A stretch of DNA of 64,000 nt. It comes from a virus (Duplodnaviria; Caudoviricetes). Position numbers and translations under genes: made by a program. Numbering within the stretch: the stretch's first letter is position 1; each line of letters opens with the position of its first letter. Under the pieces are notes generated by a model. It made no database searches, was not told the origin of the DNA, and saw nothing but the letters and a program-made list of their open reading frames with translations. The stretch covers positions 4,197 through 68,196 of the IMG/VR virus record IMGVR_UViG_3300046779_000717, one strand, 5' to 3'. This document shows, piece after piece, positions 36,150 to 45,400 of the stretch.

Positions 36150-38359
36150 TATCTTATGAGCTCACTGTGAGAGCCTTTGTTGTCGTATTGTGCAAATTTA
36201 AGGCTTATTTTTGACTTCTTAACCTCTGGAACATACAAGTGCCTTTGCGTTGCCATAATGGCAAGACCAGAACTAATAGATGCGTCATGTTTGGTACGAT
36301 TGTTAATATCAAACCTGGCCCAGTCCTCAAGAGTACGTATGAAAGGCATCACGCCCATCTCGTCTGACGGACGATAAGTTCCCTCGAAATCTACGCCTAC
36401 GTACTTCTCAATATAACTCTCGATAGCTGCAGCGTGTGCTTGCTTTACGTCCTCCGAAGTGTTTGGAATACCACCCAGCTCTATCTCAGTCTTCGACAAC
36501 TTTGACACATGCTTGTCTGGTCTGTTCATCGCAAATGCACGATATCCCCTGTTCTTGAAGTGGTATAATAGTCGTGGCTTGTTATTCTCCACAAGGATCG
36601 GCATGCCATAAAAGAAACACGCCATCAATACATCCTCGAAGAATATCTCTGCCGTCTGTGGTCTTGCAATGTATTCCAGAAAGAACTCGTTCGTTGGTCC
36701 ATCGTCCATGTGGTACTTTGTCAATCCGTGAAGTGATCCGTTAGAACCACCACCACCTACGGCACCAGAGATGTCGTATGGGTCACATCCAAAACATCCC
36801 ATGTGCTCATTGCCTGGCTTGAACTTGCCGTTCACCCTAAGCACTTTGTTCCTCTTGTTTGCGTCTGGAACCCATGACACCAAGAAGCGTCCGTTACGGT
36901 CTGGAGTCCACACAACCTCCGAGTCCTTGACACCATCTCTCCAGTGGAATGACCCACGAGTCACAGACTGAATGCCAGCCATAGAGTCGTTGTAGTCGAT
37001 CTGTTGGTAGATCTTTGTTAAGTTGAACAGAGATGACTTAGACTCGTCCCTAAACGCATGCGACTCTGTGCGTGGAAACTGACGATAGAATTCGTTCAAT
37101 GCGTCAGCGTCTCCCTTAAGGGCCGCAACTTCATTGTCCCAGTAGTCAATAACGCTCTGATATATGTATCCGCCATCAATGCTCTTTACTGGCGTCTCTG
37201 GCTTTTCGAGTACAGGCCACCCATGCTCGTCAATAAACCCTTCAAAGTTCCACTCCATTGGAATGAACAATGAGTAAAGCCCACTCTTGGTCTGTCCGTT
37301 ATTGCTTCTTTTCTTTGGGTCTGAGTCGTAGTACAAGTCCTTGAACCCCGAACCACCCTTGTCAAGCGCGTTTGATGTAGAACCCATCATACACTTCCCG
37401 ATAATCCTAGAACCAAGACGAAGACATGTCTTTGTTACACGCCAGTTGTTCTCAATGTTGTTAGGAGGAAGCCACTTACCGCTTTCGTCATGGATCAACA
37501 GCCTCAACTTCTCACCGTCATAACTGTTGTCAGCCGTGTTCTTCCAGTCAATAGACGTATCAAGACCCTCGATGTCCTCATCGTTCTTGTCCATGTTCTT
37601 CCTGGTGATCTTAGACGCAGGAACACGATAGCCAAGCTCTGTCTTTGGCTTGTCCATACCATCCTGCACCGGCTTGAAGAAGAACGGATAGTTGCTAGAT
37701 ATCGGAACCACCTTGTCCGTAAACATGATCTTGGCGTCATTACCCGTCTTTGACAGGATGCCAAGCCTAGCATTCTTTGTAATTGTTGCCGTATTTACCA
37801 ATTCGGAACTGCTCATAAACGAGAATCCAGAACGCCGGTTCTTCAAGTAGCACATCCCAAAGCACCTAGTGTCGGCCTTGCAAGCCTCCCAGTAGATAAA
37901 GAATATCCTATTTGACTCACGGAACTCTGGAAGACCTACGTCAATCTTCGTCCACTGCAAGTACATGTAGTGAGTGCCAGTAATATACGTCTTCTGCTTT
38001 TTGTTTAGGAACCAGAATCCATTCTCACGCCTATCAAACTCGGTCTCGATGTAGTCAATCCACTTCGTCTTGAACTGGTTGTCGTACTTGTTCCAATCAA
38101 ACATGCTCTTAATCTTGGAGAGTTCTTTTGGATATTCCTGTGGCTGCCACTTGCCGCCTCTGTCTTCTATGTTCGACGGCTTAGGCAGTGCTATTCTTAG
38201 CCCGTTTATCTCATAGATAGGACCAATTGTCCCGTCTTTAGAGATAACGACAAAGTCATAGTTCGGATCGTAGCCATACTTCCACGACTTCTCAGCGTTC
38301 TTTTTGTTCAGAACGTCAGACTTTACTACCTCCTTGAGTACTTGGTATAGCTTTGTCAT
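36149..38359 (-). CDS. terL: Terminase large subunit
   Basis: Walker A KNRRSGFS, Walker B LIHDESGKW, motif MGST, nuclease GCDPYD and HDASISSGLA. Confidence 0.93.
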   Translation of the reverse strand: MTKLYQVLKEVVKSDVLNKKNAEKSWKYGYDPNYDFVVISKDGTIGPIYEINGLRIALPKPSNIEDRGGKWQPQEYPKELSKIKSMFDWNKYDNQFKTKWIDYIETEFDRRENGFWFLNKKQKTYITGTHYMYLQWTKIDVGLPEFRESNRIFFIYWEACKADTRCFGMCYLKNRRSGFSFMSSSELVNTATITKNARLGILSKTGNDAKIMFTDKVVPISSNYPFFFKPVQDGMDKPKTELGYRVPASKITRKNMDKNDEDIEGLDTSIDWKNTADNSYDGEKLRLLIHDESGKWLPPNNIENNWRVTKTCLRLGSRIIGKCMMGSTSNALDKGGSGFKDLYYDSDPKKRSNNGQTKSGLYSLFIPMEWNFEGFIDEHGWPVLEKPETPVKSIDGGYIYQSVIDYWDNEVAALKGDADALNEFYRQFPRTESHAFRDESKSSLFNLTKIYQQIDYNDSMAGIQSVTRGSFHWRDGVKDSEVVWTPDRNGRFLVSWVPDANKRNKVLRVNGKFKPGNEHMGCFGCDPYDISGAVGGGGSNGSLHGLTKYHMDDGPTNEFFLEYIARPQTAEIFFEDVLMACFFYGMPILVENNKPRLLYHFKNRGYRAFAMNRPDKHVSKLSKTEIELGGIPNTSEDVKQAHAAAIESYIEKYVGVDFEGTYRPSDEMGVMPFIRTLEDWARFDINNRTKHDASISSGLAIMATQRHLYVPEVKKSKISLKFAQYDNKGSHSELIR

Positions 38360-38643
38360 TTAGAGAACCTTTCAGCGAATCCCTTTTTAGTCTCAACGCT
38401 AGATGGTGCGGCCTTCGTTTCTGGAGCTTCCAGGATGTTTCTCTCCTCCTGTATGCGCTTTAAGATGTCAAACGCATCCATAACTGCAAGCTTCTTCGTG
38501 GCGGCCGCATTCTTCAGCTTGTCTGCTGCTATGTCGTTGTCTGGGCCGCTACCTATGATAGGCTCCTTAGCAACCAAGATGAGCTCATAGATGGCTTTCT
38601 CTGCCGCCTCGATAATCTTCTCTTTGAATTCCTTTTCGGTCAT
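38356..38643 (-). CDS. Putative terminase small subunit
   Basis: 95-aa helical protein immediately upstream of terL, ATGA-coupled at both ends (start ATG 38643). Confidence 0.5.
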   Translation of the reverse strand: MTEKEFKEKIIEAAEKAIYELILVAKEPIIGSGPDNDIAADKLKNAAATKKLAVMDAFDILKRIQEERNILEAPETKAAPSSVETKKGFAERFSK

Positions 38644-39197
38644 AGTGCTACGCATATGTTCTTGCTTAACATTCGGTACAACTTCTCTCCGTCCACGGTG
38701 AATGGGTATTCACTCTCTGGCTGAAAGCTTATCAAGTCTCCATCCTTAAGGCCTTTTGAGTAAAGATATTCATTGCCATACCTAAGAATTCCTAACAATG
38801 GCTGTTCTCTCTCTGGATCTACCAGAATACTCTCTTGTAGATTGTCAATTGGCTTCACCATGCAGTACGGATGTGGAGCTTTCCACTGGCCGTCATGCTT
38901 GTACAGGAAGTACTGGTCATGGTCAATCAAGAATGTCTTGTCTCTGAAATGCGATGGTCCGTACACCTCTTTACCACGCATGTCGAAATACTTACGAAAT
39001 ACGTTGTGGTGAACCATCAATGTGTCACCAGGGACAATTTCCCCAGTGTATCCAATCGGAGTGGCGATGACCGTGGCAAATCTGTTTGTTACCGTGTGGT
39101 CCTCCTTTGAGGCGCTCAATACGAGGCCGTAATCCGTTGTGTTGTCGTAAAGCTTGTCGCCAACAGGCTCTACCACAAAGTAGAGCGGTGATTTCAT
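38640..39197 (-). CDS. GroES-like co-chaperonin with two tandem cpn10-like halves
   Basis: FVVEPV...GLVL...ATVIATP...IVPGDTLMV, then CMVKPI...GILRYGN...LKDGDLISF...VDGEKLYRM. Confidence 0.65.
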   Translation of the reverse strand: MKSPLYFVVEPVGDKLYDNTTDYGLVLSASKEDHTVTNRFATVIATPIGYTGEIVPGDTLMVHHNVFRKYFDMRGKEVYGPSHFRDKTFLIDHDQYFLYKHDGQWKAPHPYCMVKPIDNLQESILVDPEREQPLLGILRYGNEYLYSKGLKDGDLISFQPESEYPFTVDGEKLYRMLSKNICVAL

Positions 39198-39202
39198 TTT
39201 AT

Positions 39203-39421
39203 TTAAAAGTCTATGTCGTATTCAATAGAGATTGGCATGTTGCTATTGAAGGACTTCCAAAGCATCACACCAGAAGAGTTCTTGATCCATATTTCTATAG
39301 ACCCTCCCTCACGCATGATAATAAGGTCAATGGTGTACTCACCACGCAGAACTTCCTGTCCATGAAGATAGTTCATGGCGTTCTTGTAGTCAGCTCCTAT
39401 TGATACCTTACGTATAATCAT
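39203..39421 (-). CDS. Hypothetical protein
   Basis: 72 aa MIIRKVSIGADYKNAMNY...; ATGA-coupled start at 39421. Confidence 0.7.
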   Translation of the reverse strand: MIIRKVSIGADYKNAMNYLHGQEVLRGEYTIDLIIMREGGSIEIWIKNSSGVMLWKSFNSNMPISIEYDIDF

Positions 39422-39678
39422 AATGCGAACCAGCCAGTTGACTTGTACTGATACAAGCCTTCTGTAGCGTCTGTTTGGTAAACAACCATACCAACGGTAG
39501 CAGTCAATGCCAATCGTTGAGCCTGGGTGTACTGTGGGGCTCCAGACAACCAAGTAAAGTCAGCAACTGCATCTACAGTTGTGTTCTTGGTCGCTCCACC
39601 TGATGGTGTGTCTGACATCAAAAGTTTTTCGGTGCCAACCAAGGCGTTGTCTGTTGCGTAGTTATTAATGTTGCCCAT
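39418..39678 (-). CDS. Small virion/fibre-associated protein
   Basis: YTQAQRLALTATVGMVVYQTDATEGLYQYKSTGW resembles the head-binding modules of phage fibres. Confidence 0.6.
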   Translation of the reverse strand: MGNINNYATDNALVGTEKLLMSDTPSGGATKNTTVDAVADFTWLSGAPQYTQAQRLALTATVGMVVYQTDATEGLYQYKSTGWFAL

Positions 39679-39913
39679 CTTTTATTTCTCCTGTGCTTAA
39701 ATCAATAGATACATCTCCGTACTTCTCGTACAACTCTGACTGGAACTTGCCCAACTCGTCAGCAGCTACCTCAATCTCGAACAGAGCGCTCTGTTTTTTT
39801 GTCTTCAATCTTGACATAGAAACTTCCATGTCTGCAATATCCTCTTTCAAAGAACGCACTTTTGTGCTGAGTCCCTTAAGAGTTTCTAATTCTGTAGATT
39901 CGAGTGATTTCAT
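39665..39913 (-). CDS. Coiled-coil protein (paralog of 41049-41327)
   Basis: Heptad pattern, ends LYEKYGDVSIDLSTGEI. Confidence 0.7.
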   Translation of the reverse strand: MKSLESTELETLKGLSTKVRSLKEDIADMEVSMSRLKTKKQSALFEIEVAADELGKFQSELYEKYGDVSIDLSTGEIKDGQH

Positions 39914-40320
39914 TTCAGTACAAATCTAAGTATAATAATTAACAATAACAATGTACCAATGCCAACTACCAATGATTTCCAAAATGGATCGTCCTTGTAA
40001 GATATTGTAGGAGGCAACTTGAATGGAATCTTCGTAGTAATTCTAACCGTATCTGACTTACACTTGGTGTAAACTTTAATGACATTGTCCTTTCTAATAA
40101 CTTGCGTATACACAAAGCTATCCTCAAGCGTGATAGTGTCATACTCTGTAGTCACAAAGCTATCGACAAGGATCTTTTCCTTTGTAACGATTTGGGTGTC
40201 ATGAACAAGCACAGTATCGCCACCCTTCAGCAGTGAGGGGTCTTTTTTAATTGCACGCTTAAGGTGCCAAGTGGCACTGCATGATGTGAAAAGAAGAATG
40301 GCGACAGCGTACTTAATCAT
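39910..40320 (-). CDS. Predicted lipoprotein (spanin-like lysis accessory)
   Basis: Lipobox LLFTSC, C-terminal transmembrane segment. Confidence 0.6.
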   Translation of the reverse strand: MIKYAVAILLFTSCSATWHLKRAIKKDPSLLKGGDTVLVHDTQIVTKEKILVDSFVTTEYDTITLEDSFVYTQVIRKDNVIKVYTKCKSDTVRITTKIPFKLPPTISYKDDPFWKSLVVGIGTLLLLIIILRFVLK

Positions 40321-40460
40321 TACTTTTTCTTTTTAGAAGCCATCATCTTCTCTTTCTTCTCAACTTTCTTGCCTTCTGACTTTTCGTGCTTCATCATAGC
40401 TTTCTTTGAGGTGTACTTTTCCATTCCACCATACTCGGAGATCATTTTTTTATTTTTCAT
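40320..40460 (-). CDS. Tiny Lys-rich protein (46 aa, not in ORF track)
   Basis: MKNKKMISEYGGMEKYTSKKAMMKHEKSEGKKVEKKEKMMASKKKK. Confidence 0.7.
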   Translation of the reverse strand: MKNKKMISEYGGMEKYTSKKAMMKHEKSEGKKVEKKEKMMASKKKK

Positions 40461-40464
40461 AGTT

Positions 40465-40755
40465 TTAACATTTCCATCTTTTACGGGCCTGTCTCAGGCG
40501 TGAATTCGGATCGGCAGCAGCAGCCGGGAACATTTTCATTTGTCCAGCACTACGAGCACAGAAAGACTTGCGTCTCTTTGCGTCAGCACTACCTGGCTTT
40601 ACCTTTCCAGTAACGGCAGTCTTCAACTTGCTTCCAGGATTGGCCCTTCTATAAGCAGCCACTCCCTTGGCAGTCATGCCGGCTCCCTTGCTCGTTGGCA
40701 AGTAGTTAGCACCTTTTCCGGTAGTAGTCTTTGGGATTGGCTTATCCTTCGGCAT
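40465..40755 (-). CDS. Small basic phage protein
   Basis: MPKDKPIPKTTTGKG...RRKSFCARSAGQMK...NSRLRQARKRWKC; start at ATG 40755. Confidence 0.75.
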   Translation of the reverse strand: MPKDKPIPKTTTGKGANYLPTSKGAGMTAKGVAAYRRANPGSKLKTAVTGKVKPGSADAKRRKSFCARSAGQMKMFPAAAADPNSRLRQARKRWKC

Positions 40756-40975
40756 TTGCTTTCTTTTTAAAGATCTTGTTTGCAGCTCCAAGACCCAACG
40801 CACCAAACGCAAGAGCGGTAACGCACTCTACCAATATAGCAGCTGGTGCTACATGCTCCTCTGAGAAAGAATTATGATACATGGTAACGCACAAAGAGAT
40901 GGCACACAAGATGCCAACGAAGCGATTAGATGACCACTGTTGGTTTTCGTCTTTGAATATCTGCAAGAATTTCAT
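40742..40975 (-). CDS. Holin-like two-TM protein
   Basis: WSSNRFVGILCAISLCV...ALAFGALGLGAANKIF; own promoter at 40983-40990. Confidence 0.55.
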   Translation of the reverse strand: MKFLQIFKDENQQWSSNRFVGILCAISLCVTMYHNSFSEEHVAPAAILVECVTALAFGALGLGAANKIFKKKANAEG

Positions 40976-40996
40976 ACTGTAGCAAAGATAATGAAT

Positions 40997-41025
40997 AAAA
41001 ACAAAAGGCGACCATGTGGCCGCCT
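40997..41025 (-). terminator. Rho-independent terminator
   Basis: AGGCGACC/GGCCGCCT stem, U-tract on the minus strand. Confidence 0.7.
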
Positions 41026-41048
41026 CTCGTGCTTTTAGTTGTTAGAGT

Positions 41049-41327
41049 TTACTTAACTACTTCCATTGTTGCTTCTGGCTCTTCAGCAGGAACGAACTCA
41101 AAAGTTTCTAAGTTCAATTGGCCTTTACCATAAGAAGACTCGATGCCCTTGAAGAATTCGTTTTGGTCGGTAGCCATTTTCACTTTGGCTTCTAATACCT
41201 TACCTTTAACTTCCTCAAGCTCAGCCATTTGAAAGCTGATCTTACCCAAGTCGCTGATGATGGCGTTTGATTGTTGTTGGAAACCTTTAATGGTTTCGAT
41301 CTCTTGTTCAGTTAATTTGATTGACAT
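41049..41327 (-). CDS. Coiled-coil protein (paralog of 39665-39913)
   Basis: KLTEQEIETIK...IESSYGKGQLNLETFEF. Confidence 0.7.
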   Translation of the reverse strand: MSIKLTEQEIETIKGFQQQSNAIISDLGKISFQMAELEEVKGKVLEAKVKMATDQNEFFKGIESSYGKGQLNLETFEFVPAEEPEATMEVVK

Positions 41328-41364
41328 ATTTTTCTAATTAGTGATGCGAATATAGGACAAAATT

Positions 41365-41847
41365 TTAACAATCCTCTACTTTTGACGCTCCGTACAAAGA
41401 AATTAATTTTTCTTTCAACTTGGCGTAACCAAAGGTAAAGATGTCTGTTGCTTGAGCTGGAGACAAGTCAACAACCATGCTCTTGCGAGTTCCTGTCATT
41501 TCCTTTTCTACTGGAACCATTTCTTTTACGGTCTCAGATACTTCTTCGCCAGCTTCGTTGGTGTAGGTCTTAACTACTTCTTTCTCCTCTTGAACTGTTT
41601 GAGTATATGTGTAAGTCTCTTCTACTTCGTGCATCAAAGAAACGCTCAAAGATTCTCCGATTTCAAAGTTCTGTGCTTGAGCACCCATCATAGGAGCGCT
41701 GCTTTTTGCGTCAGCTTCGCTCATGAACAATTGCAAGCGGAAGTTCGCACTACCAGACTTACTGATTTGATAATCAGCAATACGCACGTATGCTTCTGAT
41801 GTAATTCCACGGCTAGTACCGATAGATTTAGTTATTTTCAATGCCAT
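41365..41847 (-). CDS. Tail-fibre-associated protein (possible assembly chaperone)
   Basis: 160 aa downstream of the fibre genes; Glu/Val-rich central insert. Confidence 0.55.
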   Translation of the reverse strand: MALKITKSIGTSRGITSEAYVRIADYQISKSGSANFRLQLFMSEADAKSSAPMMGAQAQNFEIGESLSVSLMHEVEETYTYTQTVQEEKEVVKTYTNEAGEEVSETVKEMVPVEKEMTGTRKSMVVDLSPAQATDIFTFGYAKLKEKLISLYGASKVEDC

Positions 41848-41860
41848 GGTGCAAATATAA

Positions 41861-42430
41861 TTAATAAACCCGAATATATATACTTTGTCCGTTAGGAGTA
41901 TGATCTATTGCTCCAGAAGAAGCACTTGCTCCTGGGGTGACTTGGAACGGAGATCCAGGGAAAGCAGTCCATGAAGAACCATTATACGAGTACTCGACAT
42001 TTGCCGTTGGGAATGGTGGACTAGTTGGATTGGCGTTAAAGTTCACCTGTAGCGTTACTTGGTCCCAGTGCGGAACCCCTCCACCACCCTGTGTAGTATT
42101 TGGCGGAACCCCGTTAACCATGAATGGAGATACAGCTGGGTTTAGTCCAGACGTACCAGATCCACCAGACTCTTGCACCCAGAAGTCGCAGCTGATTAAG
42201 TTTGCTGGAACAGACGACTGAACTTGAAACGAGTAGCCAACTTTTGCCTCTAGATCGTAGAACCCGCTCATCTTTACAGTTGTCTGAGCGACATAACCGT
42301 AAGCATCAGCATACCCATCGAATAGCTTGTAGTCGTTAAACTGAGAGAATAGGGCGGGACTTGGAGTGCTTATGTCCAAGTCCGTTATCAAATCCCCTAC
42401 CAATATTACCCCTGATGTTGGTGTGCTCAT
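41861..42430 (-). CDS. Tail-associated protein
   Basis: 189 aa, ATGA-coupled to the fibre gene, Ser/Pro/Gly-rich and beta-rich. Confidence 0.6.
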   Translation of the reverse strand: MSTPTSGVILVGDLITDLDISTPSPALFSQFNDYKLFDGYADAYGYVAQTTVKMSGFYDLEAKVGYSFQVQSSVPANLISCDFWVQESGGSGTSGLNPAVSPFMVNGVPPNTTQGGGGVPHWDQVTLQVNFNANPTSPPFPTANVEYSYNGSSWTAFPGSPFQVTPGASASSGAIDHTPNGQSIYIRVY

Positions 42431-45400
42431 TTTTCGAGTTGCTTAATTCTATTCTCTAGTCTTTCAATCGTAGCTTGCTGCTCTTTCATTCCCTCGATCA
42501 ACAGTGCGATCATGTTAGAGTAAGCCACGTTTAGAGTGCCGTCTGGGTTAGCAGACACAACCTCTGGCAATACTTTCTGTACTTCCTGTGCGATAACACC
42601 CGCTCTTCTAGTGTTCGTCTCATCGTCTGTACGAACATAAGTGTAACCGTTCAACTCTTTTACCTTCTCGATAGCATTCTCAATCTTCTGTACGTCTTTC
42701 TTAACTGTAATATCAGAGAACGCTGCGATGTCATGAGACGCATAGATAGAGATTCCAGATGTATTCCCTTCTACGTGTAACTTATAGGATGGGCCCGTAG
42801 TGCCAATACCTACACTGCCCGTTGGTATAATAACATTTGGTGTATTGTTTGAGTCACCATACAGCACCCACGTATTACTCAATGAGTTATATATACCACC
42901 TTTTCTTGAATCTCCGGTGTTAGGGTAGTACTTTAGCCTAGTACTATAATCAGGTACGCCAGATGTTCTTGCTATGTCAAATCCCCAGTTTGTGTCAACA
43001 GATGTTGCGCTTGTATTAGCATATACACCACCATTGTATGTTCCTGCCCCAACTCCAATATTGCCTACAACTTGTAACTTTTCCGATGGGCTAGTGCTAC
43101 CAATACCTACATTTCCAGAGGACTTCATAACTACAGAATTCGAGAACCCTGGAGCAAAATAAATGTCAGTAGCTGATTTTAAAACTCCATAATTACCTCT
43201 AGTTCCATCTTCCCATACAAGAGAAAGTTTTTCGTTTCCAGAGTTTTTTATTATTAAAGCAGTTTGAAAGTTTGCGCCGTTAGACTCAATTACCTCATAG
43301 TTATGAGTAGAGTCATATAGGTGTAACTTAACCGACGGACTAGTAGTACCAATCCCTACGTTACCATTTCTTAAAAATGTTACAGTATCATAAAAAGTAG
43401 GTGTATTGTCTTGATATGATATATGAAGGTTGTCAGTTGCTGCATTATGTCTCAACGCCCATCCCCAATTAATACCATACTCAGTAAGCATCAATCCGCT
43501 ATAGTTTCCAGCTTGACCTCCAGCTTCTACCTTTATGTAGTTATCTGTTGATGCTCTACTTAATGTTAGTATTTCGCTTGGAGCAGTAGTACCTATTCCA
43601 ACATTACCACCTACTGGATTTAAATGCATATTCATGGCAGAGCCCCCAGCTCTAGCCTGCAAAGACGCCTTCCCTCCCTGGTTTTCTATATTAATGCTAT
43701 TGCTATTTCCTCCATACACAAAAGAAGCAATGGTTTGGGTATATGGTGCTGAATTTGCGGCTATAACATACAACCCTCCTCCATCAGCATGTACTTGCAA
43801 TTTGTAAGAAGGACTAGTAGTACCAATGCCTACACTGCCTGCCGCAGATATAACTAATCTTTGAGTACCATTTTGTGCTATTTCAAGACCTCCATTTGAT
43901 ACACCTGAAATATATGGATTTATGTCAATATAATTACCGCCCCCAAAGTTTGTGTTTAATCTTAAGGCATTTCCACCACCCGAAGTTACATACGCTTGGA
44001 TTAATCCATTAGAATTAGACCCATCAACTTGTAGTTTAGCAGACGGACTGGTAGTGCCAATACCTACATTGCCATCACCCTTTATTGCCAATTTAGTACT
44101 CCAACTTCCTCCATAATAAGTTTGAAAAGAAAAATCTACGTTATTACCACCAGTCCAACTTCCGGCTCTAAAGGCCATCCCTGTAGAATTGTCGTAGAAG
44201 TTTGTTATATAGTTATAGTAAAATCCGTTATCATAAGCCCAAGCAAGATTTTCTTGATTTCCAAGTTGTATAGTTCCTTCAACATGAAGTTTTTGTTCTG
44301 GTGACGTAGTACCAATACCTACGTTGCCTTGACCATCAAGAGTCATTCCTTGTTGCAGGCTATATCCACTTCCAGAGGGGTTATTAAAGTAATAAAACTT
44401 TAACCCGCCAGCATAGTAATTTGTTCCATTTGCTCCCTGAGTCCAGAAACCTTGAACTGCGCCACCAATATCTGAGTTTGAATCAAATGGAAAATGCATC
44501 AATCCAGCAACGCTCAGTTTTGCTGAGTGGAATATTGTTGTAGTACCAATACCTACGTTACCACCAGAAGTGATACGCATGCGTTCGGCATTATTAGTAC
44601 CAATAGCTACATATCCGGCTTTTGAGTTCCAAACCAACATATCTGTACCTGTGTGATACAAATACCCAGAATCAACTCCTCCAGTTGTCAATCCTAATAT
44701 AGCATTTGAAGCTCCATTTATTTGAATTACACCCCTGTTAGAAAATGCATAAGTTGATGTTGTAGCCCCTATAAGTAAATCTCCGCTTGAGGTGATGCGC
44801 ATTCTTTCTAATCCGGTTCCCCCTGTTGAAAAAACAGTATTGTTAATAGATTGAAATCCAAAATCAGTAGCACTTCCACCACCAACTACTCCTATTCCAT
44901 TACCTACATAGCCAACATCTGTACCGTTAGCCCTATAAGTGACATATAAATTAGTATTGCTAGATCTAAATACAGATACCTCTCCAGTACTTAAAACATC
45001 AAGTCTTGCTCCTGGACTAGCAGTACCAATACCCACTCTTTGACTGTCATCAATAGTCATAGCGGTCGTAGCACCATTTGTTTGAACCTGAAATTTTAGT
45101 CCTCCAATTGTAGGCCCCACACCAGCTTGGTTCCAAAAATATGCTGCGGTGCCATCTGCTGTTACTGATGGATTTGAAGTTAATCGTAAAGCACCATCTA
45201 CTTGAAGTTTTTGAGATGGGCTAGTAGTGCCAATACCTACGTTGCCATCACCACGGACATAAACACGAGTAGACCCATTAGATATTAGTTCAAGTATATA
45301 TGTGCTTGAACTTGCATTAGATCCTGCATTTATATATCCTCCATATCCGCCACCATGTGCAAAATAAGCTGATGCTCCAGCATTAGATGAAAATCTTGCC

